Source: Chiloscyllium plagiosum (taxonomy: Eukaryota). Taken from it: a stretch of DNA of 64,000 nt. A model generated the notes under the pieces. That model worked only from the letters and a program-made list of their open reading frames with translations. It made no database searches and was not told the DNA's origin. The translations under genes were made by a program, and so were the position numbers. The stretch covers positions 6,135,988 to 6,199,987 of the forward strand of contig NC_057718.1 of NCBI RefSeq assembly GCF_004010195.1, in the 5' to 3' direction. Below are positions 1-12,739 of the stretch, piece by piece; position 1 is the stretch's first letter, and the number at the start of each line of letters is the position of its first letter.

Positions 1-46
1 CCTCCCTTGCCCTCTTGTCAATGATAGTTTGCACCTCAATACTTAC

Positions 47-199
47 AAGTCCTCTCCTGCACGTGGACTCCAGGTCCCTCGAGGTTTGGCAGCTGAGTGT
101 AAATGACGGCCTCATAAAGGGAATCTGGGGAAAGCCCAGTGAAACAATGGCTGGTTTCAGCACCACTGATGGTTACCTCTTGATGACCACCGGCATAAG
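47..199 (-). CDS. COL12A1: COL12A1 exon, FN3-18 second half: (A)[50 protein letters not shown]
   Basis: Acceptor ttttgaag, donor gtaagt; 153 nt, phase 1-1. Confidence 0.92.
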
Positions 200-2009
200 C
201 TTCAAAACAAAGAGAGGCATGAATGAGTGCCCATTGAAAATGAAATACAATGGATACTGTCAACGTTTCAATGAGTCCAGTATGACTCAAACTGTTCTGA
301 AAAACAGTCATATCGGACTCAAAACATACATTCTGTTCCTCACTCCACAGATGTTGCCAGACCTGCTGAGTTTCTCCAGCATTCTCTGCGTTTGTTTTAT
401 GAATGAGTATTCAGTGTGAGCAGGCTAACATAATTCCTGCAGCGCATTTTGTATGAATTCTAAATCACAATAACTTATGCTGGAGACATAAAATACAACG
501 TGAGCATCTAGAGTTTAAACTTAATGATAATCTTTATAAAGACATAGCTGTTACTTCTTTTTGATATTGTAGTATTTTGGTCATTAATATTCATGTAACA
601 AATGTGAACTTTTCAAATTGGTCCACTGCGCAGCATCCTGTGTGGGAATCTATGCTGAGTTGTTTGTTGACCTATCCTTAGACGCTGCCAGTCAATTATT
701 TGATATTGTCTTTCAACTGTTCACTTCCTTGGATTGAAATGTCCAGGAGTATCTGTGAAGCAGGAATATTTATTTCATTTCCCTTTGGATATCATCATTC
801 ATTTAAGAAGGCCCTCGACTGACATATCAGTTTTCAAAGAGAGCTCTATGTAATGTAATACCAATGTTAGGGACCCTAAAATGCTGGAGGAAATTCTCCG
901 GCAATCTTTTGGAATCACCAACACAAGGCTTATTCATGCAAATACAATATAAGGTGAATGCTCAGCATTAAAGTGAATGGGGATAGAGCAAGTAAGTATG
1001 ATTAAAACCAGAGAGCTGTGGTGGGGGAGTTTGCTCTTGAGCGAGCCTCATGATTTAACGACTATGGAACTTAACAATAATTAGACTGGGGTGTGTAGGA
1101 TGCAGACTTTCTGAATGTACCATGTAAGATAAACCAAAATAAAACCGCAGATGCCAGGAAATCTGAATAAAAAGATCATGGATACATTATGAAGATAAGC
1201 CAGTGTCTGTGCAGAGAATGGAGTAGGTGGCATTTTGTGCATAAGTCTTGACAGACAATCCACATTTAAAGCAGTTGTCTGTCCTCTTGGCCATCCTGCC
1301 TGATATTTTAAGACAGAAAGTTCTTTCAACATGAGCAAGTTTTGACAGACCTGGCTTAGCAGTGAGGTGGGTTGCAGATGGTGATGGCAGGGTTGGATAA
1401 GATCACATTATTCCTGGGGAATCTGAAGGAACCCACAAAATAATCTCAAACCCCTCCACGATTGTGCTGTCAGACTTTAATTCAGAAATTGGGAAGAAGT
1501 TTGCTGGAGGCAAGTAATCAGGATGAGGCTTGTTGAGTTTTCAGCCTTTTCTTTGCTTCCTAAAATTTCCAAAGTACTGGAATGGCATTCCATTGGTGTT
1601 ACCATTCATCAGCTCCATTCAGCTCTCCATTCACTCCTGTGAGTTTATAACAGGGCTAGAAGCAGAATCTGTAAAAACCTTTCCAACTATGCACAGCAGC
1701 AACTTAGAATCCCTCCCTATTTTCAACCTGACGACATGTCAAAAAACCAAGTAAGACTTTTTTTTTTTAGCTGACAGGCATTTCTGCTTTCCATTGATCT
1801 CCAAATCATGTGGCAGAATGGCAGTACAATGAAAACAGGAAATGCTGCTCAGCTCACAGATACATTTAGCTCTCTGACGGGGGCAGGTATATTTCCCTTG
1901 GATATTGTTTAAAATCTGTTTGTATAAAGAAGCATGTTTGTGCGTGTGCGTGAATGCGTGTAGGTGTACTGTGTGTATTTGTGTGTAGTGGTTGTCTTAG
2001 AATCAGGTA

Positions 2010-2200
2010 ATCCCCACAGTGCAGAAAGAGGCCATTCAGCCCATCGGATCAACACCGACCTTCCGAAAAGCATCCCACCCAGAACCAGACCCCACTTTAT
2101 CTCTGTTATCCCACATTTCCCATGGCTAACCCACCTAGCCTCCACATCCCTGGACCCAATGGACAATTTTACCAAGGCCAATCCACCAAACTTGCATATC
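2010..2200 (-). mobile_element. HE1-like SINE 3' fragment (old)
   Basis: Reverse complement of the HE1-type body (ggccaatccacc..., ccatggctaacccacctag, ggccattcagccc). Confidence 0.6.
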
Positions 2201-2224
2201 TTTTTTATGAAGAAAAGTTGGAAA

Positions 2225-2620
2225 GTCTAGGTTTCTGTCCACTGGAGTTTAGAAAATTAAGAGGTGACTCAACTGAATCGCATAGGACCTCGATCAAGCT
2301 TTGCCTGAGTGGACATGGAAAGGATATTTCCACTTGTGGAAGAATATACAACTCAGAGGTCAGTGATTAAAAACAAGAGAATGTCCAGTTAAGACAGAGT
2401 TGGGCAGAAATGTTTCTCATTCTGGGTCCTGAGCCTTTGGAAGGCTCTTCCTAAATTGGTGGTGGACACAGAGTCCTTGAATATTTTTAAGGTGGAGATG
2501 GATAGACTTTTGCTAAGCAAGGGGGTGAAAAGTTATCGGGAATGTGGAATTCATCAACCAGATCGGGCCCACGACCTTACTAAACAGTGGAGCAATGTCA
2601 AACTCCTACTCCTGCAACTA
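2225..2620 (+). mobile_element. CR1-type LINE 3' end, decayed
   Basis: LEFRKLRGD and SLNIFKVEMDRLL are typical CR1 ORF2 C-terminal motifs. Confidence 0.65.
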
Positions 2621-2667
2621 ACCCATATATCTGCAAGCATGTATGTTTGCACTTGCATTTTTCTTGC

Positions 2668-3025
2668 TTTTTATTCATTCACAGGATAACGGCATCTCGA
2701 GCGAGACCAGTATTTATTGCCCTCCCTAATTGCCCACAAGGCAGTTAAGAGTCAGCCCCATGGCTGTGGATCTGGAGTCACATGTAGGCCAGACCAGGGA
2801 AGGATAGCTGTTACCTTCCCTACAAGACATTAGTGACCATATGGGTTTTTCCTGACAATCAACAATAGATTCATGGTCAGCATTAGACTCATAACTCCAG
2901 AGTTTTTTTCAACTGAATTTAAATTCCACTACCTGCCATAGCAGGATTAGATCCCAGTCCCCAGAACATCATCTGGATCTCTAGATTAACAGACCAGTGA
3001 TAATACTGTGAGGCCATCGCCTCCC
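2668..3025 (-). mobile_element. tRNA-derived SINE (family A) with LINE-derived 3' tail
   Basis: Recurs at 3885-4218, 22530-22880, 52960-53285, 60440-60940, 61062-61235 and 62290-62675; pol III A/B-box-like head at the high-coordinate end. Confidence 0.75.
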
Positions 3026-3884
3026 ATCTGCATCATTGCGTGTGTGTACACATGTTGGAGTTTATATGCATATGTGGATTCAACTCAATTGGGCTTCAGG
3101 ATCCCTTTCTGATACTATTAAACGTCTTTTGTTTCATATTTGTTCGAGAATTAGTTGGCAAACCTTCAAAGGCTATGCTAATGGAGGCTAATGAATTGTA
3201 GTCTCCAGTGCACACTTCGGTTTCCTGTTTTTTAACATCTTACAGGCTTTGTTGTGAACTGAATCCATATGGAAACAAGGTGTAGCTGAAAACATTCCAA
3301 AATCACTTCAGCATAATAAAAATTTGCAGGTTTATGTATGAGTTGTCCTTTACTACAATGTGTTTCTGGAGAGTTCTAAAACATGATGGGAACAATTTCA
3401 TCAATATGGCCTCTTATCGTATCAACAAATTATCTCAGTGTTTATCAGCTAATGATGTAGGCGCAATCATTATGTTTGTGGAGGATGCTGAACTGTGTTT
3501 GTTTTACAGAAAACATATAACCATCTGTTACTGATGGTGTTGCTTCAGCCAGGAATATTGGTGTGGATATCAGCACATACTACCTCCCCTGATCTTCTCC
3601 AGAATTGTGCAAATTTCTAAGGTTCATCAGAACAGTCATGGAGAGTGGAAAGATGATGCTCAACAGCGCACCATTCAGTGAGTGCCACACTGGAGTGTCA
3701 GTCGAGATTGGGAGATTATGTGGGGCTCCACAACATGACCATCCAATTCAGAGTACCAGGTGAAGGCATGTCTGCAGACAGTATTCCAAGGGTCAGACAC
3801 TCCTCCTCATTTCCTGGCTGCCCCAACTTCAGCGAGGAACTTCAGGTGTGGAACTTGCTTTATTATTGGTCAGGAAGACCCTTT

Positions 3885-4218
3885 TCTTCATTCATTCATG
3901 GGATGAGGGTATCTCTGGCTAGGGCAGCATTTATTGCCCATCCCTAATTACCCAGAGGGCAGTTAAGAGTCAACCACATTGTTGTGGGTCTGGAGTCACA
4001 CGTAGGCCAGATCAGTTAAGGATGGCAGTTTCCTTCCCTAAACCAGGTGAGTTTTTCCCAACAATTGGAATTGTGGTCATCATTCTTAATTCCAGATTTT
4101 TAAAAAAATTAAACTTAACCATCTGCTTTGGCAGGATTTGAAACCAACTCCCCAGAATACTGCCTGGATCTCTGAATTAACAGTCTAATGATAAAGACAC
4201 TAGGCCATTGCATCCCCT
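3885..4218 (-). mobile_element. tRNA-derived SINE (family A)
   Basis: Colinear with 2668-3025 and 52960-53285 (gggcagttaagagtcaaccacatt...ggagtcaca.gtaggccaga). Confidence 0.75.
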
Positions 4219-4254
4219 ATTGGTTAAACTTGTGCATCTACACTCAGGCACATA

Positions 4255-4572
4255 CACTCCCCTGAGCAGTACTAATGGAGTGCCGCACAATTGAAGATGC
4301 TATCATTCAGATGAAATGTCAAGCCTCATCTGCTCCCTGAATTAGACACAAAAGATCCCTTGAGGCTATTCAAGAAGAGCAGGGGAGATTTTCCCAGTGT
4401 TCAGGCTAATATTGACCAGTTACCAAACAGCTAAAGCAGAAGGACTTATCATTTTCTATTAATGGGAGCTTGCTGTGCAGAAATTGAGTGATGGACTGCA
4501 CTGCCCAGTACTTGAGTGGCTGAGCTCAGGATATACTGAGCTCATGGATGTCACTGAATATGTGCAAGTTCA
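4255..4572 (+). mobile_element. Deu-domain SINE (SacSINE1/AmnSINE1-like), old
   Basis: gcagtactaatggagtgccgcac...aaaagatccc...gaagagcaggggag...gggagcttgctgtgca resembles the recalled Deu core. Confidence 0.6.
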
Positions 4573-5539
4573 CTATTAAACACATCACTTTGAGATGCAT
4601 TGGAAAAACTCCCGTTACACTGTCCTAACAACATGGTTCAGCTCGAAAATATGAAAGGCTTTCCATTTCACACCAGTGCCATCCTGCCTTCAAGTAGCAT
4701 TGCTAACTCAATCTTAATTCAGGCCAGATTTATGCTGACAAAATCGACGCCCCTATTCTGGTTTTCAAACCAGATGCAACAGTTGACTGGATAACGGAGA
4801 CTTAATCTGGAGTGAATTCAAACCACAGCTGCTGAAAATTAAATGCCAGTGTCACCACCTAACCCACTGCACCATCCAATTTCCTATCCTTTTATCCATG
4901 TCTTGGAATTCTTTTGTTAGTCCTCTCCAGTCACAACACTGAGTCACTCCCAGAGCATATCAGTCTACTGGGTGACTGACAGCATTGAGATGGAAGTTTA
5001 TTGAGTGATGGATTGTGGGTGAAAGGAAGTGTGAGAATAGACCAATCAAGAACACTGAGAACTTGAAAGGATTTAGGATCTGGCTAAGACAACATTGTGG
5101 GTCAACCCACAGCAAGTGGACTGCAGCGATTCAAGAAGGCAGCTCACCACCACCTTCTCAAGGGCAAATTGGGATGGGCTATCAATGCTGGCCCAGCCAG
5201 CGACACTCAAGTCCCACAAATTAATTAAAGGAAACGGGAGAGGACACAGAGGTATTTGAAAACAAGCTCAAGAATCTTAAATTCCAAAGATACTGGATCA
5301 ACAACCAATAGAGGTCACAAGCACAGGGAAGCTGAGTAAGTGGAACTTGGTAGGATATAGGCTGCTGTACATTGGATAAATATCAAAATGATAGAATCAT
5401 ACAGACCTACAGCTCAGAAAATGATCCTTGGGCCCATCACGTCTGTGCCAGTCAAAAACACCCACCTAACTAGTCTAATCTAAGATGTAAAAACAAGCAG
5501 GTTGTTAACAACAAAAATCCTTCTAGAATTTCTGATTAC

Positions 5540-5656
5540 CATTCACTGGTTGTAGTTTTATTCTGTAGGAGGTTGCTGCCCTATGAGAATTCCACTGCAT
5601 GCAGAAGGTATCCCAGCCAATGTTGTACGTGTTTATTCCCGTCACATTCAGGTACA
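5540..5656 (-). CDS. COL12A1: COL12A1 exon, FN3-18 first half: (L)[38 protein letters not shown]
   Basis: Acceptor tctcctag, donor gtaatc; 117 nt, phase 1-1. Confidence 0.95.
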
Positions 5657-6322
5657 CTAGGAGAGAAAAAGAAAAACCAAAGAACATTACATCCAGTCTC
5701 ATGAGCAACATGAGTAATCACCGTGCACATCACTGCTCAGCTGATATCTTGTGTCACAGGTCGCTGGATATTGGAAGCCGAGGGATTGCAGAATGCAACA
5801 AGTCCCCCAGGTCCATCTGCTTCTTTTTCACCAATACCCGTGATAACGGAGTTGCCACACAGATTACAAAACTTAAAATTTATCAATTAATCTGTATGAG
5901 ATCCAAACATGAGGGGAGGAAACCACCACCTCTCTTCCCCTTCTCCACTCCACCCTACCTCCTCACACCCAGCCATGGAGAAGCAGAAAGTGCCAGAGAA
6001 ATGGTGGGGAACAAGCAAGGTGGGTAACAATGACACATGCTACACTACGACCCTGGTGGACATGGCAGAGATAGTATTTAAATCGACAGCGTAACAGATA
6101 AGGATTCATTCAGGAGGAAGGGGTTATCAGCCCTCAGCTGAGAGGTGGTAAGGGCTTTGTTCACAAGACTTTCTGTTGGGAAATGTGGCTAGAATTCTTT
6201 GGGTCAACATGGCAAGTGATGAGTTGGATGTGAAGTTGATTGGAAATGGAGAAGATTGGAAGGATTATCCTCCCCATCCCCCCCCCCCCCCCCAACAAGA
6301 TGGCTCATTCAGTAACTCCATA

Positions 6323-6835
6323 AGAACATATGATATAGGACCAGAATTAGGCCATTCTGCCCATTGATTCTGCTTTATTATTCAATCATGGCTGATATGT
6401 TTCTCAACCCCATTCTCCTGCCTTCTTCCTGCAACCCTTGATCTCTTTAAAAATCAAGACCCCCATCTATCTTTGTCTTAAATACACTCAATCACTTTGT
6501 CTCTACAGCAATAGAGTCACCACCTTCTGGCTGAAGAAATTCTTCCTCATCTCAGTTTTAAAGAGGTGTACCTTCACTCTGAGGCTGTGCCCTCAGGTCC
6601 TAGTCTCTCCTGTTTGTGGAAACATTTTCTCCACATCCACCCTATCCAGGCTTCTCAGTATTCTGTCAGTTTCAATCAGATCTTCCCCACTCCTTCTAAA
6701 CCCCATCGAGTACAGATCCAGAGTCCTCAGCCACTTCTCATTTGACACACCCTTCATCACCGGGATCATTCTTGTAAATCTCCTCTGGACCCCTCCAGCA
6801 GATCCATTCTTAGATATGAGGCCTAAAACTGCTCA
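6323..6835 (-). mobile_element. CR1 LINE 3' fragment
   Basis: Reverse complement of CR1 ORF2 end and 3'UTR, similar to 14190-14600. Confidence 0.75.
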
Positions 6836-6984
6836 TTATGAGAGAGGAGAATGGGGCGGTTAGGGCTTGTGGGTCATAAGCAATGAGTTCCTCAATGGTC
6901 CCTATGGAGCCCACTCCGAGATGCAGAGGGAAGCTACAGACTATCTAAGAGAGATTCAAGCTGAAAAATATGGAAGGACAGTAG

Positions 6985-8412
6985 GGACTGTTAAAAGTGT
7001 GGTTCTGGAAAGCACAGCAGGTCAGGCAGCATGCAAGGAGCAGGAAAGTCGACGTTTCAAGCAAAAGTCCTTCATCAGGAATGGGGCTGGGAGCCTCGGG
7101 TATGGAGAGATAAATGGGAGGGGAGTGGGACTGGGGTGAAGGTAGCTGAGAGCGCAATAGGTGGATGGAGGTGGGGGCAAAGGTGATAGGTTGGAGGGGA
7201 GTGTGGAGCGGATTGTATCCGTTGCTCCCAATGCGGTCTCCTCTACATTGGGGAGAGATAAGGTCCGAGGGAGTGATGCTGAACAAAGAGACCTTGGAGA
7301 GCAGGTTCATAGCTCCTCGAAAGTGGAGTCACAGGTAGATAGGATAGTGAAGAAGGCATTTGGTATGTTTTCCTTTATTGGTCAGAGTATTGAATACAGG
7401 GGTCGGGAGGTCATGTTGCATCTGTACAGGACATTGGTTAGGCCACTGTTGGAATATTGTGTGCAATTCTGGTCTCCTTCTTATCGGAAAGATGTTGTGA
7501 AACAAAAAAGGGTTCAGAAAAGATTTACAAGGATGTTGCCAGGGTTGGAGGATTTGAGCAATAGGGAGAGCCTGAACAGGCTGGGGCTGTTTTCCCTGGA
7601 GCACCGGAGGCTAAGGGATGACCTTATAGAGGTTTACAAAATTATGAGGGGCATGGATAGGGTAAATAGGAAAAGTCTTTTCCCAGGGGCCGGGGAGTAC
7701 AGAACGAGAGGACATAGGTTTAGGATGAGAGGGGAAAGATATAAAAGAGACCTAAGGGGCAACTTTTTCACGCAGAGGGTGGTACATGTAGGGAATGAGC
7801 TGCCAGAGGAAGTGGTGGAGGCTGGTACAATTGCAACATTTAAGAGGCATTTGGATGGGTATATGAATAGGAAGGGTTTGGAGGGATATGGGCTGGGTGC
7901 TGGCAGGTGGGACTAGATTGGGTTGGGATATCTGGTTGGCATGGACGGGTTAGACGGAAGGGTCTGTTTCCATGCTGTACCTCTTATGAGTCTATGACTC
8001 TATGACAGGACACCTACTCGCAGAGCGCTTCAGATACCCGCACCAATCAACCCTTCTGCCCCGTGGCCGACCACTTTAACTCCCCCTCCCACTCTGCCGA
8101 GGACATGCAGTTCCTGGGCCTCCTCTATCGCCACTCCCTCACCACCCGTGGCCTGGAGGAAGAACGCCTCATCTTCCACCTCGGGACCCTCTAACCCCAT
8201 GGCAACAATGTGGATTTCTTCATTTCCCGTTCCCCCACCTTACCCCAGAATTTATCTCTCCACCCCCAAGGTTCCCAGCCTCATTCCTGATGAAGGGCTT
8301 TTGCCTGGAACGTCGATTCTCTTGCTCCTCTGGTGCTGCCTGACCTGCTGTGCTTTTTCAGCACCACACTCTCGACTCTAATCTCCAGCATCTGCGGTAC
8401 TCACTTTCGCCT
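6985..8412. mobile_element. Penelope-like element: inverted 3' terminus (6985-7212, -) plus GIY-YIG/3' end (7213-7256 and 8004-8412, +), interrupted by CR1
   Basis: CIRCSQCGLLYIGE | TGHLLAERFR...PVADHFNSPSHS...LEEERLIFHLGTL; terminal repeats in opposite orientations. Confidence 0.85.
7258..8004 (+). mobile_element. CR1 LINE, 5'-truncated ORF2 C-terminus plus 3'UTR with ctatga-type tail
   Basis: LYRTLVRPLLEYCVQFWSP...RVQKRFTRMLPGL...LRDDLIEVYKIM in ORF 7161..7916. Confidence 0.92.
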
Positions 8413-9987
8413 AGTAGGGAGTGTTAAGACTAAGGTTGGGGGAGGGAATTTGGATTGGAAGAATATCCAATACGGGAGATATTAAAGAAGCAAGGAAACT
8501 GGGAAAGAGGGGTAAAAATTTTTTAAAATGGATAGATAAAAAGGGGACATCTGACGGATGTCAATAAAGTGTCTGACCTTCATACAGCAGGTTAGGCTCA
8601 ATGATGATGCTTTAATCTCTTCACCTACATTCTGAAATAAACTTTTCACCACACAACCTCCAAGTTGGCTTGAACTCTGAAAGTGTGAAGTCTGTGTTGG
8701 CTGGAACAAAGGGTTGACAGGAATATCCTGCAACTTTTCTGTGGGGAGTGAAAACTGAGCGCGTGCAGGGGCTGGTAATTTAACACTGGCCAGTGCTTAC
8801 AGTGAACCTGGCAGCCCGTCAGTATAATCCCAGAGGAAATCAGCATTCAGCAAAAAAAAACAAATTCATCCTGCAAAGGCAATGTGTGATATGTCTGGGG
8901 AGCGAAGGGAGGCCACAAGCAGATTGGTGCAAAGTAAAATCAGCGCCTCTGTACTCCCCTTACAGATAAGAAATAGAGAAGCTGAGAGAAAGATATTAGG
9001 GTAATGTTACAGGGGTAAAAAAAAACTACCATCTTGTTAAGAAAATAAACACCCTCCTTGCCAGTGAAGACATGCCCTGAGAATAGATATTTCAAAATAT
9101 TTTTTCTTTCTCGATCTCTCAAATTAATCTTCAAACCATTAGCACCTTGCTCCCCTTGCAAACTCTATGTGAAAGTTGGATATTACAGCCAAACCCCTCT
9201 GTGTGAGCAAGTGATTTTTTTTCTCCCCTGCATTCATTCTCAGGATCAAGAAGAGCATCACAATGTGTTTGAACCTGAGAATGACCATTCGGTCCATCCA
9301 GAGCCACCTGAGCATCGCTGCACAGAACAGTCCACTGTAGGATTTCAGACTTGTCACCTGCGTCACTTGGAAAGTGAAGATGGAAATGAGGAAACATTCT
9401 TTTATCTCTCAGAGGGTTGAGAATCTTCAGAATTCCCTCCTTAAAATGCATTGGATGCAGAATTTTTCAATTTTTTTAAGGCTGAGGTAGATAAATTATT
9501 GATTACCAAGGAGATGAAAGATTATCAGAGAGTAAGGAGTATAGCATTGTGGTTAAAATTCGAACTTCTATAATTTTATTGAATGGCAGAGCAGGCTTGA
9601 AGGGCCAATTGGTCTACTCTTGTACCTTGTTCATGTGTTCAGAATCTCGTCCTGCCTTACTCCCCAGACCCTGCCCATTAAATAGTGTCTCACTGGATAA
9701 TGAATCAGTGCTGGTATTCCCAGCAACACCAATGGCCTGTGAGTGAATGGAAACTGGGAGCAAGATCACAGGGCATTGCTCCCAAGGTATGCTGAGAGGC
9801 AAGGTCCGAGCCCCTGCCCTGTCCAACACTGAGATGTGCTGCACTCACAGTCCGTGTGGCTCAGCTTAGGCACTGATTGAAACTCAGTGAATCCTCAGGG
9901 AAGCTCATTAAGACTTAACCCCAACTCAGCATTCAGGCTGAAAAATTTGGCTGTTTTCCTCACCCCCTTTATGTGTGAATCGAAACA

Positions 9988-10605
9988 GTTTATTGGACAG
10001 AGCACTGAGTATAGGTATTGGGAGGTTATGTTGTGGCTGTACGGGACATTGGTTAGGCCACTTTTGGAATACAGCATGCAATTCTGATCTCCCTGCTATA
10101 GGAAGGATGTTGTGAAGCTTGAAAGGGATCAGAAATGATTTACGGGATGTTGCCAGAGTTGGAGGGTTTGAGCAACAGGGAGAGGCTGAATAGGCTGGGG
10201 CTGCTTTCCCTGGACTGCCAGAGGCTGAGGGGTCACCTTAGAGAGGTTTACAAATTCATGAGGGGCATTGATAGGCTAAATAGACAAGGTCTTTTCCCTG
10301 GGGTGGGGGAGTCCAGAACTAGAGGGCATAGGTTTAGGGTGAGAGGGGAAAGATATAAAAGAGACCTAAGGGGCAACTTTTTCACATAGAAGGTGGTATG
10401 TATATGGAATGAGCTGCCAGAGGAAGTGATGGAGGCTGGTGGATATACAACATTTAAAAGGAATGGGTACACGAACAGGAAGGGTTTAGAGCGATATGGG
10501 CCAAGTGCTGGCAAATGGGACTAAATTAATTTAAGATATCTTGTCTGCATGGATAAGTTGGACTGAAGGGTCTGTTTCCGTGCTGTACATCTCTGTGACT
10601 CTATG
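9988..10605 (+). mobile_element. CR1 LINE 3' fragment, same subfamily as 7258-8004
   Basis: LVRPLLEY and RTRGHRFRVRGERYKRDLRGNFFT; stops and frameshifts; same tail. Confidence 0.9.
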
Positions 10606-11037
10606 AGCCTACGAGACACACAGAGGTATTTTTAAAGGTAGTGTTTGCATGGTCACTTGCTGTTGCATAGCTGGTGCGATGGCATTGCAAATTTGTCCTT
10701 TCGCAACAAAAGAGGCATTACCGAATCTATGTGTGTAAGAGAAACACCAATCCCTTTGTCCTGAATCACGTCCCTCTCGTCCATGCAAGTGGCCCACTCA
10801 CGAATGAAGCCATGTAGGTTGGCATTGTCAGCATGGCACCTTCACTCTGCCAGGGAGTTATACCAAGGAGCTGTGACCTTCAATCCATCAATGGCAGCGT
10901 GTTGTGCAAGACTAGGGGCGAGCTCTTGATTAAGGCCCAGCGGATAAAGCCGGTGGTGAACTTTGAAGAATGGTTGAGAAAAGGAACCAAAAGCAGCACC
11001 ACTTTGCCACAATATAAATTCGGCCTCATTAACTTAC

Positions 11038-11184
11038 GGGTAGTGCCTTGGCCTGCCAAAGGCCCACTGCTCCCCGAATCGTAGATGGCGTAGACGTTGA
11101 CATCATACGGTGTCCCAGGTTTCAGATTCTGCGGTGTGTAAGATGTCACATCCCCTACGAACAACTCCATTTTCTCATCACTGC
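11038..11184 (-). CDS. COL12A1: COL12A1 exon, FN3-17 second half: (G)[48 protein letters not shown]
   Basis: Acceptor gttccag, donor gtaagt; 147 nt, phase 1-1. Confidence 0.95.
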
Positions 11185-12361
11185 CTGGAACAACCAATGC
11201 ATTCAATTTTAGATTTGACCTTCTCTCACGATTTACTTTTCCTTTACGAGTCTGGCTTCCATGTCAATGAGAAGGGAGGGGGCAGTACAAACACTGAATA
11301 ATAAATGTACCTGTTGTGTTGAACTTCAGCTCTGTATAATTGCAATCTGACAATTGAATGTGAACATAGATTCATACACATCTTCAACATGGTGCAACAA
11401 CTCAACTGAGATTCAGGCTTTGTGCCCAAAGTTGGGCTCAAGGTCACAGACTGGGCCTCACACCCCCAATTCAGCAACAAACATTAAGACTGGTGCCTGA
11501 TTTTCTAGGGCAGCTTATTGAACCAGGTGCATCTTGCTTGGTAGCTCAGCCATTTCAAAATTAGGGAAACATTCACGTTTCATGGAATATCAGTCAGGGA
11601 CCAGGTGGGGGTGGAGGTGGGAGGTGATATTGCTGGAAAGGTAGAGCCACTGTTCCCAAATGTATTTCCTGCAATTTTATCTTGAAAGCAGTTATTGTTT
11701 TGAAGGTTGAAGAATCCTGGTCAGTGCAGGCCTGAATCTCAATCCAAGCACTTTCAGAGAGGGGCTTAAAACAGATGTTAGGCCTCACTCTATACTTGTG
11801 AAGAGATGAAGCTTATTCAGAAGCCATGCACAGGCCAATCTTTTGTGTCAGACTTCGGTCAGGTAGCTATGAAACAATGGAGGTGTTGGTCTTTGAATTT
11901 GGCACACAGTGCCTGATTCCGCTTGTGGGTGAACTGTATAATTCTGGGTGAGATTGCAACCGAAATCTACCCTCAGCTAACTTCCTTGAACCAGAAACCC
12001 TTGACTGATCTCCTAATCCTCCCTAAATCAGCAAGCACTGGCTAAGATGCACAAAGTTGAGAGGCAGAATATTAGGTCTGGAAGGCCAGGTGAGTCCATG
12101 TTTTAATTCAGTCATTTGATTACGAGCAATTTTTGTTATTCTTTTGTTATTCCAAATACCAGATGAATAAAATCCAGGGGAGGCAGATCGTAAACTCTTG
12201 GACTGCAGCATATTTAAGCTGGAAGGAGCTCAGAAATGATGGAAATGGAAAATTGAAGGCAATGCATTATTACCTGCAGTGAAACCACAGGAGGGGAAAT
12301 AAAGCTATGTAAAAGAGCAGGCGAATGGGACATATGCAGCACAGATGTGGTGTTTACCTAC

Positions 12362-12481
12362 CTGCGGGCTGGTAAGCAAGCTTATATCCCAGGACTGGAG
12401 ATGGTGCAGGATCCCAGGTCACACGGAATCGAGTATACCACTCATCAGACACCCTCAGATTGCGTGGCTCCAGCAATCCCA
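12362..12481 (-). CDS. COL12A1: COL12A1 exon, FN3-17 first half: (V)[39 protein letters not shown](G)
   Basis: Acceptor ccttcag, donor gtaggt; 120 nt, phase 1-1; not in ORF track on this strand. Confidence 0.95.
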
Positions 12482-12739
12482 CTGAAGGAGGTAAAGGAGA
12501 AGAGTTACAGAATGAACACAAAAAAAAACCTTGAATTCATTCACAGTGAAAGCAAAAAAATATGTCTGAGATTTGTCTCCTGCTCTGAGCTTTGATGCTG
12601 ATTGCTGGTATCTAAACAGGTCTGCTGGCAAAGATTCATAAACAATAAAGAGGAAGACACCTCATTATAGAGACTGCTGACATTCAGGAAATAACATAGA
12701 AGATGTAGGGGCGAATCTTCTGAGGCTAGAGTCACAACA

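Noticed and set aside
7161..7916. 251-aa ORF as a host gene
   Set aside because: It is a chance fusion of Penelope sequence with a CR1 ORF2 C-terminus, with no full RT.
12358..12361. Alternative donor 4 nt downstream (GTAG/gtaaac)
   Set aside because: It would shift the frame; the proximal donor keeps phase 1 with the next exon.
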